This document shows positions 1 to 10,001 of a stretch of DNA of 64,000 bases, piece by piece. Position 1 is the first letter of the stretch, and each line of letters begins with the position of its first letter. This stretch comes from an uncultured bacterium. GTDB taxonomy: Bacteria; Verrucomicrobiota; Verrucomicrobiia; Verrucomicrobiales; DEV007. Both the position numbers and the translations under genes were made by a program. The stretch spans positions 1 to 64,000 of the forward strand of contig CAXBMO010000029.1 of NCBI GenBank assembly GCA_963977015.1, written 5' to 3'. The notes below the pieces were generated by a model. It saw nothing but the letters and a program-made list of their open reading frames with translations, was not told where the DNA came from and searched no databases.

Positions 1-770
1 GTCGCATGCATTCTCGACTGGATCAGGTAATTTCTAGGTTCTAAAACACGACCTAACCGATCACGGCGATTCCCTACTTTGTACACCTTAGGATCGTAAA
101 AGAAAAGGCACGATTCAGGGCTGAGCGGAAATACCATTTGAAAACCTGAGCGGCTGAATCCGGAAAACGACCGTTTGCCGTCCCCCTTGTCCAAAAGCTG
201 ATTGAGAAGAACCACGGGATGGTCACTTGTGATAAACTGTTTTGATTTGTTTTTAGGCGTCAAGAACTTCTGCTCAAGTGTATGCATTTCCATCCAGCAA
301 GGAACCAGCTGGTCCTTTAGGAGAGCTCCACTCATTCCGCTAATGTCCATGAGACCAGGCCTCCATCCTCCGGGAGGCGCTGGTAGATCACCCCTGTCTA
401 TCGCACCCTTGATCACCATGTCGGCATCGCGTTTGAAAGGTAGCTTTGCGATTTCAGCCGTCTTTCGGGTTCTAAGGTAGAATATTACTGCAATCATCCG
501 CATGGCGACCAACTCTTCATCGCTCATACTCCTGTCGGTGGAGACTTTTTTCAGCAGCCCCGCAGTTTCGTTCTCTACGTGTTGTAACCAATTGTCGGTC
601 GAGTCATCATCACCCTGCCTGTAAAAGTAGTTAGCCTTACACTGACTCTCAGGCTTGTTTGGACCAATGTATCGATAGGGCTCGGTAAGCGCGACTCCAA
701 TCTTGTGGTTCCGTGTAAACTGGCGCAGATAATGTTGCGGCACAAAATGTTGACGTTTGTTCTTTGACAT
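1..770 (-). CDS. DUF4238-family protein (partial, runs off the left edge)
   Basis: Not in the ORF track. I translated it by hand from the ATG at 770 down to about 541: MSKNKRQHFVPQHYLRQF...QCKANYFY...WLQHVENETAGLLKK. The QHxVPxxYLxxF start is typical of DUF4238. Lower GC than its flanks. Confidence 0.75.
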   Translation of the reverse strand, partial: MSKNKRQHFVPQHYLRQFTRNHKIGVALTEPYRYIGPNKPESQCKANYFYRQGDDDSTDNWLQHVENETAGLLKKVSTDRSMSDEELVAMRMIAVIFYLRTRKTAEIAKLPFKRDADMVIKGAIDRGDLPAPPGGWRPGLMDISGMSGALLKDQLVPCWMEMHTLEQKFLTPKNKSKQFITSDHPVVLLNQLLDKGDGKRSFSGFSRSGFQMVFPLSPESCLFFYDPKVYKVGNRRDRLGRVLEPRNYLIQSRMHA

Positions 771-979
771 TTGGTTCGGGTTTTCGCTAACACGCACTCC
801 ACCAACCCGACGGCAATCTGAGACATGCCAAGAAATTCGCAAGTTGTTTATTGTCAAGTTAGTGAAATTATCTGGGGAAATCGTTGCTACAAACGTGGCT
901 CAAGACCTGCGTGTTGTGGGCATTACCCCTTAGGGAAGGCAAAACCGCATGTGACGTCCTGCGTGAGGCCGGTGTGGCG

Positions 980-1066
980 GGGAAATCCTTTATGCTCCCG
1001 ATGTACAAGGATCTGCCGGAACAAACCATGGCTGACCTGTTGGAGTACATTTCGACCCTGAAGTAA
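980..1066 (+). pseudogene. Possible orphan C-terminal fragment of a PVC-type heme-binding domain protein
   Basis: GKSFMLPMYKDLPEQTMADLLEYISTLK* resembles the S-x-M-P...DLxxYLxTLK ending of these proteins. No credible upstream part. Confidence 0.35.
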
Positions 1067-1084
1067 GCCGGCTGAGCGAACTGG

Positions 1085-1116
1085 GTAGGGCGGATGGATC
1101 GCCGAATCCATTCGCC
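1085..1116 (+). repeat. GTAG-type REP-like palindrome
   Basis: GTAG followed by the hairpin GGCGGATGGA-tcgccgaa-TCCATTCGCC (10-bp stem, one G:T pair). Confidence 0.45.
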
Positions 1117-1161
1117 AGTCACCTGTCGCGGATTCCCGGAAGCGTTCGCTGGATTCAAACA

Positions 1162-1527
1162 ATGCAATTTCATTCAAGAAAATGGGTCAAACCGGAAGAC
1201 CTCAACGCCAATGAAACGCTCTTTGGCGGGAGGCTCCTGAGTTGGATCGACGAGGAGGCTGCGATCTATGCGATGTGTCAACTCGGGGCGAAGAAGGTCG
1301 TCACCAAGTTCATGTCGGAGATCAATTTCGTCAGTGCCGCCATCTACGGCGACGTGGTCGAGATCGGTCTCGAAACCGTCAGCTTTGGCCGCACTTCAAT
1401 CACCATGAAATGCGAGGCTCGAAACAAGGATTCCAAGCAGAAAATCCTCACGATCGAAAAGATCGTCTTTGTGCTTCTCGATGAGGAAGGCAACCCCAAG
1501 GCGCATGGCGTCACGCTGTCCGATTGA
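1162..1527 (+). CDS. Acyl-CoA thioesterase (hotdog fold)
   Basis: DLNANETLFGGRLLSWIDEEAA motif. Confidence 0.9.
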   Translation: MQFHSRKWVKPEDLNANETLFGGRLLSWIDEEAAIYAMCQLGAKKVVTKFMSEINFVSAAIYGDVVEIGLETVSFGRTSITMKCEARNKDSKQKILTIEKIVFVLLDEEGNPKAHGVTLSD

Positions 1528-1654
1528 GCTCCTGCCCTGGTTTTTGGAAATCGTTCGCCCGATCCCGAGACGGCCATGAAATTCGAAGGTGGATTTGAAG
1601 CATGGTGAGCTTTCGTCTTTTCCCTATCTTCAATTCGTCCGATCCTCACCAACC

Positions 1655-2938
1655 ATGAATCCAAGCCCCTCCCAACCATCCCGGCGCCACTTTTTGAGAG
1701 GCGCGGGCATCTCCATTGCCCTGCCGTTTCTCGAATCGGTCCATGCCGCGACGGCGGACGCCGCCCCCAAACGGATGGTTTTCGTCAGCACGGGACTGGG
1801 GATGAACCCCCGGACGTTCTTTCCAGAGGAGACCGGCGCGGATTTCGCCCCTTCTCCGGTCCTTCCTCCCATGATGGAACACCGGGGCGGGTTCACGTTG
1901 TTTTCGCACATGGATCACCCGAACGTGTTCAACAAACATGCGGGCATCAAATCGCTGCTCAACGGGGTGCTGAACGAGAACGCCAAACCCGGCGAGAACG
2001 TCTCCATCGATCAGGTCGCGGCGACTCATCTTGGCTACACGACCCGGTTCCCTTCGCTGCACATTTCCCTCGGAGGAGCGGAGAACGCCTCCTATACCCC
2101 GTCCGGAATTCGGCTCCGCCAGGAAACGTCGCCCGAGGCGTTGTTCCGGAAATTGTTTGTCCAGGACTCGGAAGCTGCCCGGAAGGCCCGGGCGCTGGAA
2201 TTGGAGGAACAAGGCAGCGTCCTCGATCTGGTCCGCACCCAGGCTCGCCGGTTGGAGCGTGGCGTGAGTCGCGCCGACAAGGACAAGCTGGATGAATACC
2301 TGACCGCGATCCGCGAAGCGGAAGAACGCCTCCAGGGGATTCGCCAGTGGCAGAGCGTCGAGAAGCCAAAGGTCGCAAAGGAAGAGGTTGAACCTGACCA
2401 TGCCGAGCACGCGGATGGCGACATGGACTACGGATATCACGCGCCGATGATGTTCGATTTGCTGGCTCTCGCCCTTCAGTCGGACTCGAGCCGGATCATC
2501 ACGGCGAACTTCGGGATGCACAACAAGGTGATCGAACTCGAAGGCGTCAACACCGGTTACCACGGCCTCTCCCACCACGGAAACCGGGAGGATAAACTTC
2601 GCCAGCTCCAGATTATTGAGACGTTTTACATGGCGCAGTTATCGCGGTTCATCGGGAAACTCAAGTCCGCCAGCACGGTGGGCGGATCGCTCTTCGACGA
2701 TACCATGGTCTTCTTCGGCAGCGGGATCAGCGATGCGGCGCGACACTCCAACCGCAACCTGCCCATCATCCTCGCCGGAGGCGGCCTGAAGCATCAGGGA
2801 CACTACGACGCCGTGCAGCCACACAACGGCCGGCAAACGCCGCTGAACAATCTCTTCACTACCATGTTGCAGCACTTCGGGATCGAGACCGAAGCCTTCA
2901 ATGGCGCGACCGGAGACCTGAACCACATCCTGGCCTGA
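1655..2938 (+). CDS. DUF1552 domain protein (Tat-like signal)
   Basis: SRRHFLRG, SIDQVAA, DKLDEYL and YHGLSHHG motifs. Start taken at the ATG at 1655. Confidence 0.9.
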   Translation: MNPSPSQPSRRHFLRGAGISIALPFLESVHAATADAAPKRMVFVSTGLGMNPRTFFPEETGADFAPSPVLPPMMEHRGGFTLFSHMDHPNVFNKHAGIKSLLNGVLNENAKPGENVSIDQVAATHLGYTTRFPSLHISLGGAENASYTPSGIRLRQETSPEALFRKLFVQDSEAARKARALELEEQGSVLDLVRTQARRLERGVSRADKDKLDEYLTAIREAEERLQGIRQWQSVEKPKVAKEEVEPDHAEHADGDMDYGYHAPMMFDLLALALQSDSSRIITANFGMHNKVIELEGVNTGYHGLSHHGNREDKLRQLQIIETFYMAQLSRFIGKLKSASTVGGSLFDDTMVFFGSGISDAARHSNRNLPIILAGGGLKHQGHYDAVQPHNGRQTPLNNLFTTMLQHFGIETEAFNGATGDLNHILA

Positions 2939-2973
2939 CCGTCCCGATGTTGACGACTGTTTCGGCACAAGAA

Positions 2974-3186
2974 AGGCCCAAAGGGCCGAGATATGCCAGC
3001 CCAGGGCAAGTGAGCGATGCGAGCGCCGCCCTGGGAATCCGGTGGTTAACGGGAAATAGACCAGGAAGGCCGGGACAACCGTTATCTCGGCCCTTCAGGC
3101 CTCCCTCTGTTTCGCTACGATTCCCAGGCCGACAGTCGCTGAAGCTTCTTTTGGCCCGGGCTGACAGATCTCGGCCCGATGGGCCT
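2974..3186. repeat. Hairpin-ended REP/MITE-like element, copy 1
   Basis: About 33-bp imperfect terminal inverted repeat (aggcccaaagggccgagatatgccagccc / gggctgacagatctcggcccgatgggcct) and internal hairpin cccagggc...gccctggg. Homologous to 27153-27359. Confidence 0.8.
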
Positions 3187-3235
3187 GGCGCCAGGGAACG
3201 GCGCCTCAACTTCGTGCCAACTTTTCCAACCTAAC

Positions 3236-5599
3236 ATGATTTCCAAAGACCTCCTCCTAGCTCTCATGAGCGTGGTCACATCGGCCTCCGCCTTGTCCGT
3301 CCACGCGGCCGATCCCTACGCGCCGATTCAGCCATTCCTCGATCGCTACTGCGTGGAATGCCACGGCGAGAAAAAACAAAAAGGAGAAGTGCGCCTCGAT
3401 GACTTTGCCGCCATCGACGGAACCCTCTGGAGCGAAATCTACGATCAGATCCACCACGGCGACATGCCGCCGGAGGACGAACTCCAACCGTCGGAGCAGG
3501 AACTCGAGAACATCTTCAAACTCATCGATCGGATCTCGTGGGACGATGCCTTCTCCATCTCAAGCGGTTATCGCCGCCTCAACCGGCGTGAGTATGCCAA
3601 CACCGTCCGGGATCTCCTCGGCCTGAGACCGGGCCTCTACAATCCCGCCGCCAGAATCTTCAAAGACGAAGTGAGTCACGGCTTCGACACCAACGCGGAG
3701 GAGCTGATCATTTCCAACGAACTGCTTCTCGAATATCTCGACTCCGCCGAGGACAGCCTGCGTACTGCGCTTTTCCTCGATCAATTGGAGCCGCCGGTCA
3801 CAACGTCGGAGAACTTCAATCCGGCAAGACTCGATGGTGGAAATCGACGATTCACCACGCACCAGGTTAAGAAGAGATCCACGGTCATCCGGGGGCCGGG
3901 ATTCCACTTTGCCCGAGAGCCTTCGCGGAGAGTCGCGATTGCCGGAAACTACCGCGTCACGATCACTGCGGCCGGGGTGGATCGGGACAACTATGGCAAG
4001 GTGAGGTTTGCGCCGGTAACCGGCCCGGTCAAGATGGGCATCGGCGCACTTCTCGAAGGCCGGAATGGTGGGGGAGGTGGCTCGAAACTGGTGAAGTCTT
4101 TCGATCTTCAGGATGAAAAATTCGAGACCTTCGAAGTGGAGATGTGGCTCGAAAAGGGGGCCTACCCCTGGGTTAGCTTCCAAAACGGAGCCCCGAAGCC
4201 CGCAACCAATATCCGAGCAGCGATTCGGCGTCGACAAATCGACCCCTCGGAGATTCCGAAGAACTACCGCGGCCCGGGGGTGGAGGTCAGGCGTTTCCAG
4301 GTCGAAGGCCCGCTTGATCCGGAATGGCCGCCCGCCACCTATCGAACCACCTTTCAGGCGAACGACATGCCCGACTTCGAAGATGCCGCGGAACGCGATT
4401 CCCTCATCGAGCGATTCGTGACCCGTGCCTTCCGGCGTCCCGCGACGGAGACCGATGTGCAGGATTTTCGCGAATATCTTGGCCGGCAGTATCAAAAAAC
4501 GGGGAGTTGGCATGAAGCTTATATCAAGACCTTCGCTGCAGTCATGGCCTCGCATGAATTTCTCTACATCAAAGAAGAAACCGGCGAACTCCCGCCCTTC
4601 GCCCTGGCGAACCGCCTGTCCTATTTCTTCTGGAGCACCATGCCTGACGAGGAACTGTTCCAGCTCGCTCTATCGGGAAAGATCCTGGACCCTGACGTGT
4701 ATGCGGCGCAGGTCGATCGACTGTTCCATGATCCAAAGAGCGATGAGTTCGTCCGTGCGTTCACCACCCAATGGCTCTCGCTCGATCTCCTCGGAAGCAT
4801 GGCCCCGGACAACAAGGACAGCCTCTACGGCATTTACCACAAGGCCGGATACGAGTCGGCTTTCCGGAACGAAACGCTCCACTTCTTCCGGCATGTCCTC
4901 TTTGAAAACCAGCCGGTCGGCGATTTTCTCGATTCCGACTACACCTTCATCAACCAAACCCTGGCGCAGGCCTACAAACTCCCCTTTCAGGGCGGCTCGG
5001 ATTTTCAACGCGTGTCCCTCCCCAAAGGCTCGGTTCGTGGCGGTCTCCTGGGGCACGGCAGCATCCTTTCCCTCACCTCCAACGGCGTCGACACCCTGCC
5101 CGTGACCCGTGGCCATTGGGTTCTCGACGAACTGTTGGGAACGCCGCCACCCCCGGCGCCGGCGGAAGTCCCTGCGCTGGTTCCGGATTTGACGGGTGCG
5201 GACACCCCGCGTGCCCAGCTCGTTCGTCACCGCGAGGATCCGGCCTGCTTTGAATGCCACAAGCAGATGGACCCCATCGGTCTCGCCCTGGAGAGCTTTG
5301 ACGTCATTGGCCGCTACCGCGCAAAATACCAGCCCGGGCCGAAGATCGATCCCGCCGGCGAAATGTTCGGAGCCAGTTTTGCAAACGTCGCCGAGCTGCG
5401 GAAAATCCTCCGGACGCGCGAGGCTGATTTCGCGAGAAGTCTGACCATTAAGCTCGCCGAATACGCCAAAGGCCGGGAGCTGAACCGGCGCGACCTCGAG
5501 ATGGTGGATCAAGTCGTCGCGAAAGCCGCGAAAGACGAATACCGGTTCCAGTCGCTGTTGTTGGAGATGCTGAAGAGCAAACTGATGCGCGATCGGTAG
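3236..5599 (+). CDS. Planctomycete cytochrome c / DUF1587-DUF1595-DUF1592-DUF1588-DUF1585 domain protein
   Basis: CVECHG, RRLNRREYANT, LSYFFWSTMPD, RGGLLG and CFECHKQMDP motifs. Confidence 0.9.
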   Translation: MISKDLLLALMSVVTSASALSVHAADPYAPIQPFLDRYCVECHGEKKQKGEVRLDDFAAIDGTLWSEIYDQIHHGDMPPEDELQPSEQELENIFKLIDRISWDDAFSISSGYRRLNRREYANTVRDLLGLRPGLYNPAARIFKDEVSHGFDTNAEELIISNELLLEYLDSAEDSLRTALFLDQLEPPVTTSENFNPARLDGGNRRFTTHQVKKRSTVIRGPGFHFAREPSRRVAIAGNYRVTITAAGVDRDNYGKVRFAPVTGPVKMGIGALLEGRNGGGGGSKLVKSFDLQDEKFETFEVEMWLEKGAYPWVSFQNGAPKPATNIRAAIRRRQIDPSEIPKNYRGPGVEVRRFQVEGPLDPEWPPATYRTTFQANDMPDFEDAAERDSLIERFVTRAFRRPATETDVQDFREYLGRQYQKTGSWHEAYIKTFAAVMASHEFLYIKEETGELPPFALANRLSYFFWSTMPDEELFQLALSGKILDPDVYAAQVDRLFHDPKSDEFVRAFTTQWLSLDLLGSMAPDNKDSLYGIYHKAGYESAFRNETLHFFRHVLFENQPVGDFLDSDYTFINQTLAQAYKLPFQGGSDFQRVSLPKGSVRGGLLGHGSILSLTSNGVDTLPVTRGHWVLDELLGTPPPPAPAEVPALVPDLTGADTPRAQLVRHREDPACFECHKQMDPIGLALESFDVIGRYRAKYQPGPKIDPAGEMFGASFANVAELRKILRTREADFARSLTIKLAEYAKGRELNRRDLEMVDQVVAKAAKDEYRFQSLLLEMLKSKLMRDR

Positions 5600-5608
5600 G
5601 GGGCGCGC

Positions 5609-6712
5609 TCAGGGATTGGGGGCCAAGCGCCAATTCAAGGTTAGCCCCACGCCCAGAGGGAGCGGAGTTACGGAGCCAACGGGCGTTTTCAGCGTGAAAA
5701 CTTCGCCCTCGGCCTTTTCCATTCCGAATCGCTGCGAGGATGATTGGAACCCGTAATAGGCGGGGCCGTTCGTGCAGAGAAATCGCTCAAACGCCGCTTT
5801 TCCCGCACTGGAAAACAGATCAACGCCGCTTTCCTCAAACGCCATCGCGTAGAGTTGCGGTGCGCAGCCGCCCGTGAAACAGCCCGCCGCGCAGCCACAT
5901 TCGGTCGCCTTGGTCGTGTGCGGCGCACTGTCGGTTCCGGCGAAGAATTGCGTCTGTCCCGGGGCCGTAACCGCCTCGCGGAGCGCGTCGCGATCTTCAT
6001 CGAATTTTACGATTGGGAGGCAGTAGAGATGATATTTCAGGCCCTGAATGAGGTGCCCGATGGTGTAGAGCAGATGCTGCGGTGTGATCGTCGCTCCGAC
6101 CCGGTCCTCGGGCGCGCTCCGGACAAACTCGGTGGCTTCCTTCGTCGTGATGTGCTCGCAGACGATCCTCAGTCGGGGGTGCTCGGCCAGTAACCGCTGC
6201 ATCGATTCGCGATAGAAAAGCGATTCCGCGTTTCGGTTCGCCGCGAAGTAGTCCTCGCCGCCGAGCCCGTGGTTTTCGCCGTGAATGCAGAGCACGATGC
6301 CGTGTTCCTCCATCGCCCGAAACACGTCGCTCCCGATCAGATCGGCCATCGGGACTCCGTGCTCGGCGTTCGTCGTTCCGTGCGGGGGATAGTACTTGCA
6401 GGCCTGCAGGACGCCCGCTTCAGCCCCTTCGGAGATCATCGCCGCGGTCGTGTTGGCCGTCAGGTAGAGCGGAACCAGAAGTTGCTCAAACCGTTGGGCT
6501 CCTGCCTCCCGGAGATCGGCGGCGTACTGCTCAATCGTCCAGGAATCCGGGGTTTCCTTGCCGAAGACGCGGCTCACCGGCGGCTTGGTATTGGGCATCG
6601 CCAGCGCCCCTGCGCATCCCATGTCGAGATGAGCTTGGATGTAGGCACGCAGGGCGGGCCCCTGGCGGAAGTGGGTGTGGAGATCGAACCACTTGGGCAA
6701 ATCGAGTGTCAT
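5609..6712 (-). CDS. pyrC: Dihydroorotase (homodimeric type)
   Basis: DLHTHFR, MPN, KYYP..TTN, CEHITT and GTDSAPH motifs. Confidence 0.85.
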   Translation of the reverse strand: MTLDLPKWFDLHTHFRQGPALRAYIQAHLDMGCAGALAMPNTKPPVSRVFGKETPDSWTIEQYAADLREAGAQRFEQLLVPLYLTANTTAAMISEGAEAGVLQACKYYPPHGTTNAEHGVPMADLIGSDVFRAMEEHGIVLCIHGENHGLGGEDYFAANRNAESLFYRESMQRLLAEHPRLRIVCEHITTKEATEFVRSAPEDRVGATITPQHLLYTIGHLIQGLKYHLYCLPIVKFDEDRDALREAVTAPGQTQFFAGTDSAPHTTKATECGCAAGCFTGGCAPQLYAMAFEESGVDLFSSAGKAAFERFLCTNGPAYYGFQSSSQRFGMEKAEGEVFTLKTPVGSVTPLPLGVGLTLNWRLAPNP

Positions 6713-6935
6713 CCTGCTTTCTAGCCCGGTTGAATGGCGGTTGCAATCTCAGGAGTCCCGCTCGGTTCCGCGATCATCAAAGGTTCTTCCATTCCCGCCG
6801 CGCCGCAGAGAATCTGCTCTCCCTGCGCATCACCCACGCCGGGGAGCGGAATTGCGGGTCATCCGCTCTGAGCGCGGCCTCTCTGAAGAGAGAGGTCTTG
6901 GTTGGCAGGCAACCGCAACGCCGTTAGACTCTGCC

Positions 6936-7835
6936 ATGATTGTTGAGCCACCTTCTCGCCCGTTTCCCCGAAGAGCTTTTCTGCGAAATGGGGCTCTTTT
7001 CCTGGTGGGATCATGTGCGGGAACGCAGGGAACGGAATCGGATTCGCGAGGCGTGGTCCGGGTTGGCCTGGTGACGGACATGCACTACGCGGATAGGCCT
7101 GCCAGAGGTTCGCGGCACTATCGGGAAACGGTGACCAAGCTGGCCGAGGCCAGGCGCTATTTCGACCAGGCAGAGCCTGAGTTCATCGTGGAACTGGGGG
7201 ACTTCATTGATGCGGCGGATTCGGTTGAGGTTGAGCTTGGCTATCTGGCGCGGATTCAAAACGAGTTCGCCCAGCTACCCGGCCAGAAGCATTACGTCCT
7301 TGGGAATCACTGCGTGGATACCCTGACCAAACAAGAATTTCTCAGCGGCGTTGGACAGAAGCAATCTTATTATTCCTTTGATGCAGGTGGGTTTCACTTT
7401 GTGATTCTGGACTCCTGTTTTCGAGGCGACGGCGTGCCCTATGAACGTAAGAATTTTGAGTGGACCGACCCCAACGTTCCCGATCAGGAATTGGAGTGGC
7501 TCGCTGCCGATCTCGAGCAGGCGGAGGGAAAGGTCGTGGTCTTTGCGCACCAACGGCTGGACGTCACGACGCACCATGGAGTGAAGAATGCGGCGGAAGT
7601 TCGCCAGATTCTGGAGAAAGCCGGTAAGGTCCTATCCGTGTTTCAAGGGCACAGCCATCAAAATGACTACCGCGAGATTGCCGGCATTCATTACTGCACC
7701 CTGGTCGCCATGGTGGAGGGATCAGGTGCGGAGAATAATGGTTATGCCACGATGGATCTCTACGCCAATGGCACCATTCGGATCACGGGACAGCGCAACC
7801 AGCAGAACTACGATTGGAACGTCCCGGAGATCTGA
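6936..7835 (+). CDS. Calcineurin-like metallophosphoesterase (Tat-like signal)
   Basis: TDMHY, LGDFID, GNHC and GHSH motifs; RRAFL N-terminus. Start taken at the ATG at 6936. Confidence 0.85.
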   Translation: MIVEPPSRPFPRRAFLRNGALFLVGSCAGTQGTESDSRGVVRVGLVTDMHYADRPARGSRHYRETVTKLAEARRYFDQAEPEFIVELGDFIDAADSVEVELGYLARIQNEFAQLPGQKHYVLGNHCVDTLTKQEFLSGVGQKQSYYSFDAGGFHFVILDSCFRGDGVPYERKNFEWTDPNVPDQELEWLAADLEQAEGKVVVFAHQRLDVTTHHGVKNAAEVRQILEKAGKVLSVFQGHSHQNDYREIAGIHYCTLVAMVEGSGAENNGYATMDLYANGTIRITGQRNQQNYDWNVPEI

Positions 7836-7893
7836 TGGGAAGATCCGTTCCTTCTAATTTCGCTCTCTCGGATTGACGATGGGATTTCGGTTC

Positions 7894-8212
7894 GAGCCGG
7901 AGGCTCCCAAAGAGCCTAGCCGGTGGTGGAGCGTAGCGGAACCACCGGTTTCCGTTTGAAATTGAATGCGCCCCGAAGGTGGCGCTAGAATACTCACCGG
8001 TTGGGTGACGTCCTCCATCAAGAAAAGCACCACCAAGCAACAACCTACAAAGAGGAATACCTGGAAATGCTGCGGCGCGGATTGGTGGAATTCGACGACC
8101 GCTACCTCTGGTGACTTCGCGCGCACCTTCGGAGCGCATCATTCTTTTGATCGCGATCCGGTGGTTCCGCTGCGCTTCACCACCGGCTAGGTTCGGATTG
8201 AGCCTCCGGCTC
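7894..8212 (+). mobile_element. Internally deleted IS200/RAYT-like (Y1) element
   Basis: About 55-bp imperfect inverted repeats (gagccggaggctc...cctagccggtggtggagcgtagcggaaccaccgg and its reverse complement) enclose a transposase C-terminal remnant. Confidence 0.8.
8013..8114 (+). pseudogene. tnpA: C-terminal fragment of an IS200/IS605-family TnpA (Y1) transposase
   Basis: LHQEKHHQATTYKEEYLEMLRRGLVEFDDRYLW* matches the Q-E-x-H-H...EE...FDERYLW ending of this family. No start codon and no HUH motif. Confidence 0.75.
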
Positions 8213-8294
8213 AGTTTAGAATAGTTTATGGGAAAAGGTAGCCGATGCCGCGAGGAAATTTCGCGTTCCTAACGCACCGCTATTTTCTCGCAGA

Positions 8295-9803
8295 TCAGTC
8301 TGCAACCTGCAGCCTGGCGAAGACGACCTGTTTCCGGGCCCGGTTGATGCCAATGAGACCACCGGTTTCCGGGTCATGGGCAATGCCTTGCCCGGGAAAC
8401 GGAGAGGGGATGATGTCCACCAACTTCAGGACCTCGCCCGGTTCGGGGATTTGTAGCCGATAAATGACTTTTCGATCGTGACCTGTCGCCCAGACTTCCC
8501 CGTCCTTCAAGGAGCCTCCGGAGATACTATGTTGGCCTAACTCGCGAACAACTTCCGCAGGATATCTCCAGGCTCCCTGTTCGTTCCAGTCGGGATCCAG
8601 TTTGACCAGGACGGTCCGGGCATTGTTTCCTTCCCCGTAGTGGGCAAAGTTGCACCACCAGGAGTCACCCTGTCGAACCACCCAGGTTAGACTTCCGCGA
8701 TCATCGCCGAAGCGCTTGTAGACGCTGAGTTGCATCGACGCCGGGTCCAGAACCATGATCTCGCTGGTGGCGGGCCGCTTTGGAAAGTTCGAGTGGGCGC
8801 AATAGAGGCTTCCCTTCCAGAAGAAGCCACTATTCAAGTGCGATGCAGATCCGGTACTGAGACCAAGACGCTGACCGGACGATCGGTCATACCTGGCGAC
8901 CACCGTGTTGTTGATCGCGTAAACCGAACCACCTTCCGCGGCTGCCGCCTGGATGGCTTCGGGAGCGGGTAAGACATCCGTCTGGACGGCCTGTAGCTGT
9001 GGCTCCTGCGACAATTGCTCGCGCAACCAGCCGGGTTTATCGGTCGTGATCCCATCCACCCCGGATTCAACCAGATGGGTTGCCTGCCTGGCATCGTTCA
9101 CGGTCCAGACGTAAAGCTTCAGCCCCGAATCGTGGATCTTCGCGGTGAACTCGCGATCGATCGCAAAGTGGTGACTCAGATTCAGGCCATCCAGATTCGC
9201 TTCCTTCGCCCAGGCGATCAGCTCTTCCACGGTGGGAAGCAATCCCTGGCTTTCTTTCTTCGGAGAAACGAGCCAGTAGACTTCGTGCTCCGGCAGCAAT
9301 CGTTTCGCCCGCCTCATGGTCTCCCAGCTGAAACCGATGATCACGGCTTGGTTGGGGTTCCTTCCAGAGTTGTTCAGATCCTTTTCAAGTTGGGGCAGGA
9401 TCTCGGGCCCACACTTGATCTCAATGATCAGCCGCTTGTCGTCCGGCAGGATTTTCAGGGCCTGATTGAGAGTGGGGATCTGTTCGCCCTTCCAGGCATC
9501 ACCTTTCCAGGTTCCCGCGTCCAGCGCCTGAACCTGGTCCAGCGTCAGGCCTGCCACGGGTTGGTCCAAACCCGTGGTTCGCCGGGTGGTCTTGTCGTGA
9601 AGGAGGACAATATGTCCATCCTGCGTCAGCTGAACATCCAGCTCGTTGGCGTCGGCGCCTTGTTCCCATCCAAGCTGAAGTGCGGACAGGGTATTCTCCG
9701 GGGCATCGTTCGAAGCCCCGCGATGGGCAATGATTTCCGTGGCCGGCGCAACGGCGCACGACAACAGGGGGACGGCAACGGCAAATGGGATGGCTCGACT
9801 CAT
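8295..9803 (-). CDS. Glycerophosphodiester phosphodiesterase with a C-terminal propeller-like domain
   Basis: IAHRG..APENT, ELDV, HD, IEIK, WTVN and GITTD motifs, plus about 230 extra C-terminal residues. Confidence 0.85.
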   Translation of the reverse strand: MSRAIPFAVAVPLLSCAVAPATEIIAHRGASNDAPENTLSALQLGWEQGADANELDVQLTQDGHIVLLHDKTTRRTTGLDQPVAGLTLDQVQALDAGTWKGDAWKGEQIPTLNQALKILPDDKRLIIEIKCGPEILPQLEKDLNNSGRNPNQAVIIGFSWETMRRAKRLLPEHEVYWLVSPKKESQGLLPTVEELIAWAKEANLDGLNLSHHFAIDREFTAKIHDSGLKLYVWTVNDARQATHLVESGVDGITTDKPGWLREQLSQEPQLQAVQTDVLPAPEAIQAAAAEGGSVYAINNTVVARYDRSSGQRLGLSTGSASHLNSGFFWKGSLYCAHSNFPKRPATSEIMVLDPASMQLSVYKRFGDDRGSLTWVVRQGDSWWCNFAHYGEGNNARTVLVKLDPDWNEQGAWRYPAEVVRELGQHSISGGSLKDGEVWATGHDRKVIYRLQIPEPGEVLKLVDIIPSPFPGQGIAHDPETGGLIGINRARKQVVFARLQVAD

Positions 9804-10001
9804 GATTCTGCTAGAGCATTTGAAGTGGAGAAGTCGCCAATGCAGCTAGGAAATTTGGCTTCCGGCAAGGCGTTGTGAGGGAGCAGAGCGAGCTCTGTGA
9901 CCGATCAAGAACGCAGCAGGTGGCCAAAGACACCGCTGTTCCGCTTCCATCGGCGAAGCCGCACGCTTTCTTGTTCCTCGTCATATCCATTGGCTACAGG
10001 T

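Noticed and set aside
575-826. 83-aa minus-strand ORF from the track
   Set aside because: It overlaps the better supported DUF4238 frame that starts at 770.
3179-3235. Upstream extensions of track ORFs (also at 6675, 27386, 43070, 45672)
   Set aside because: They run through repeats or neighbouring genes. Downstream starts fit the family N-termini better.
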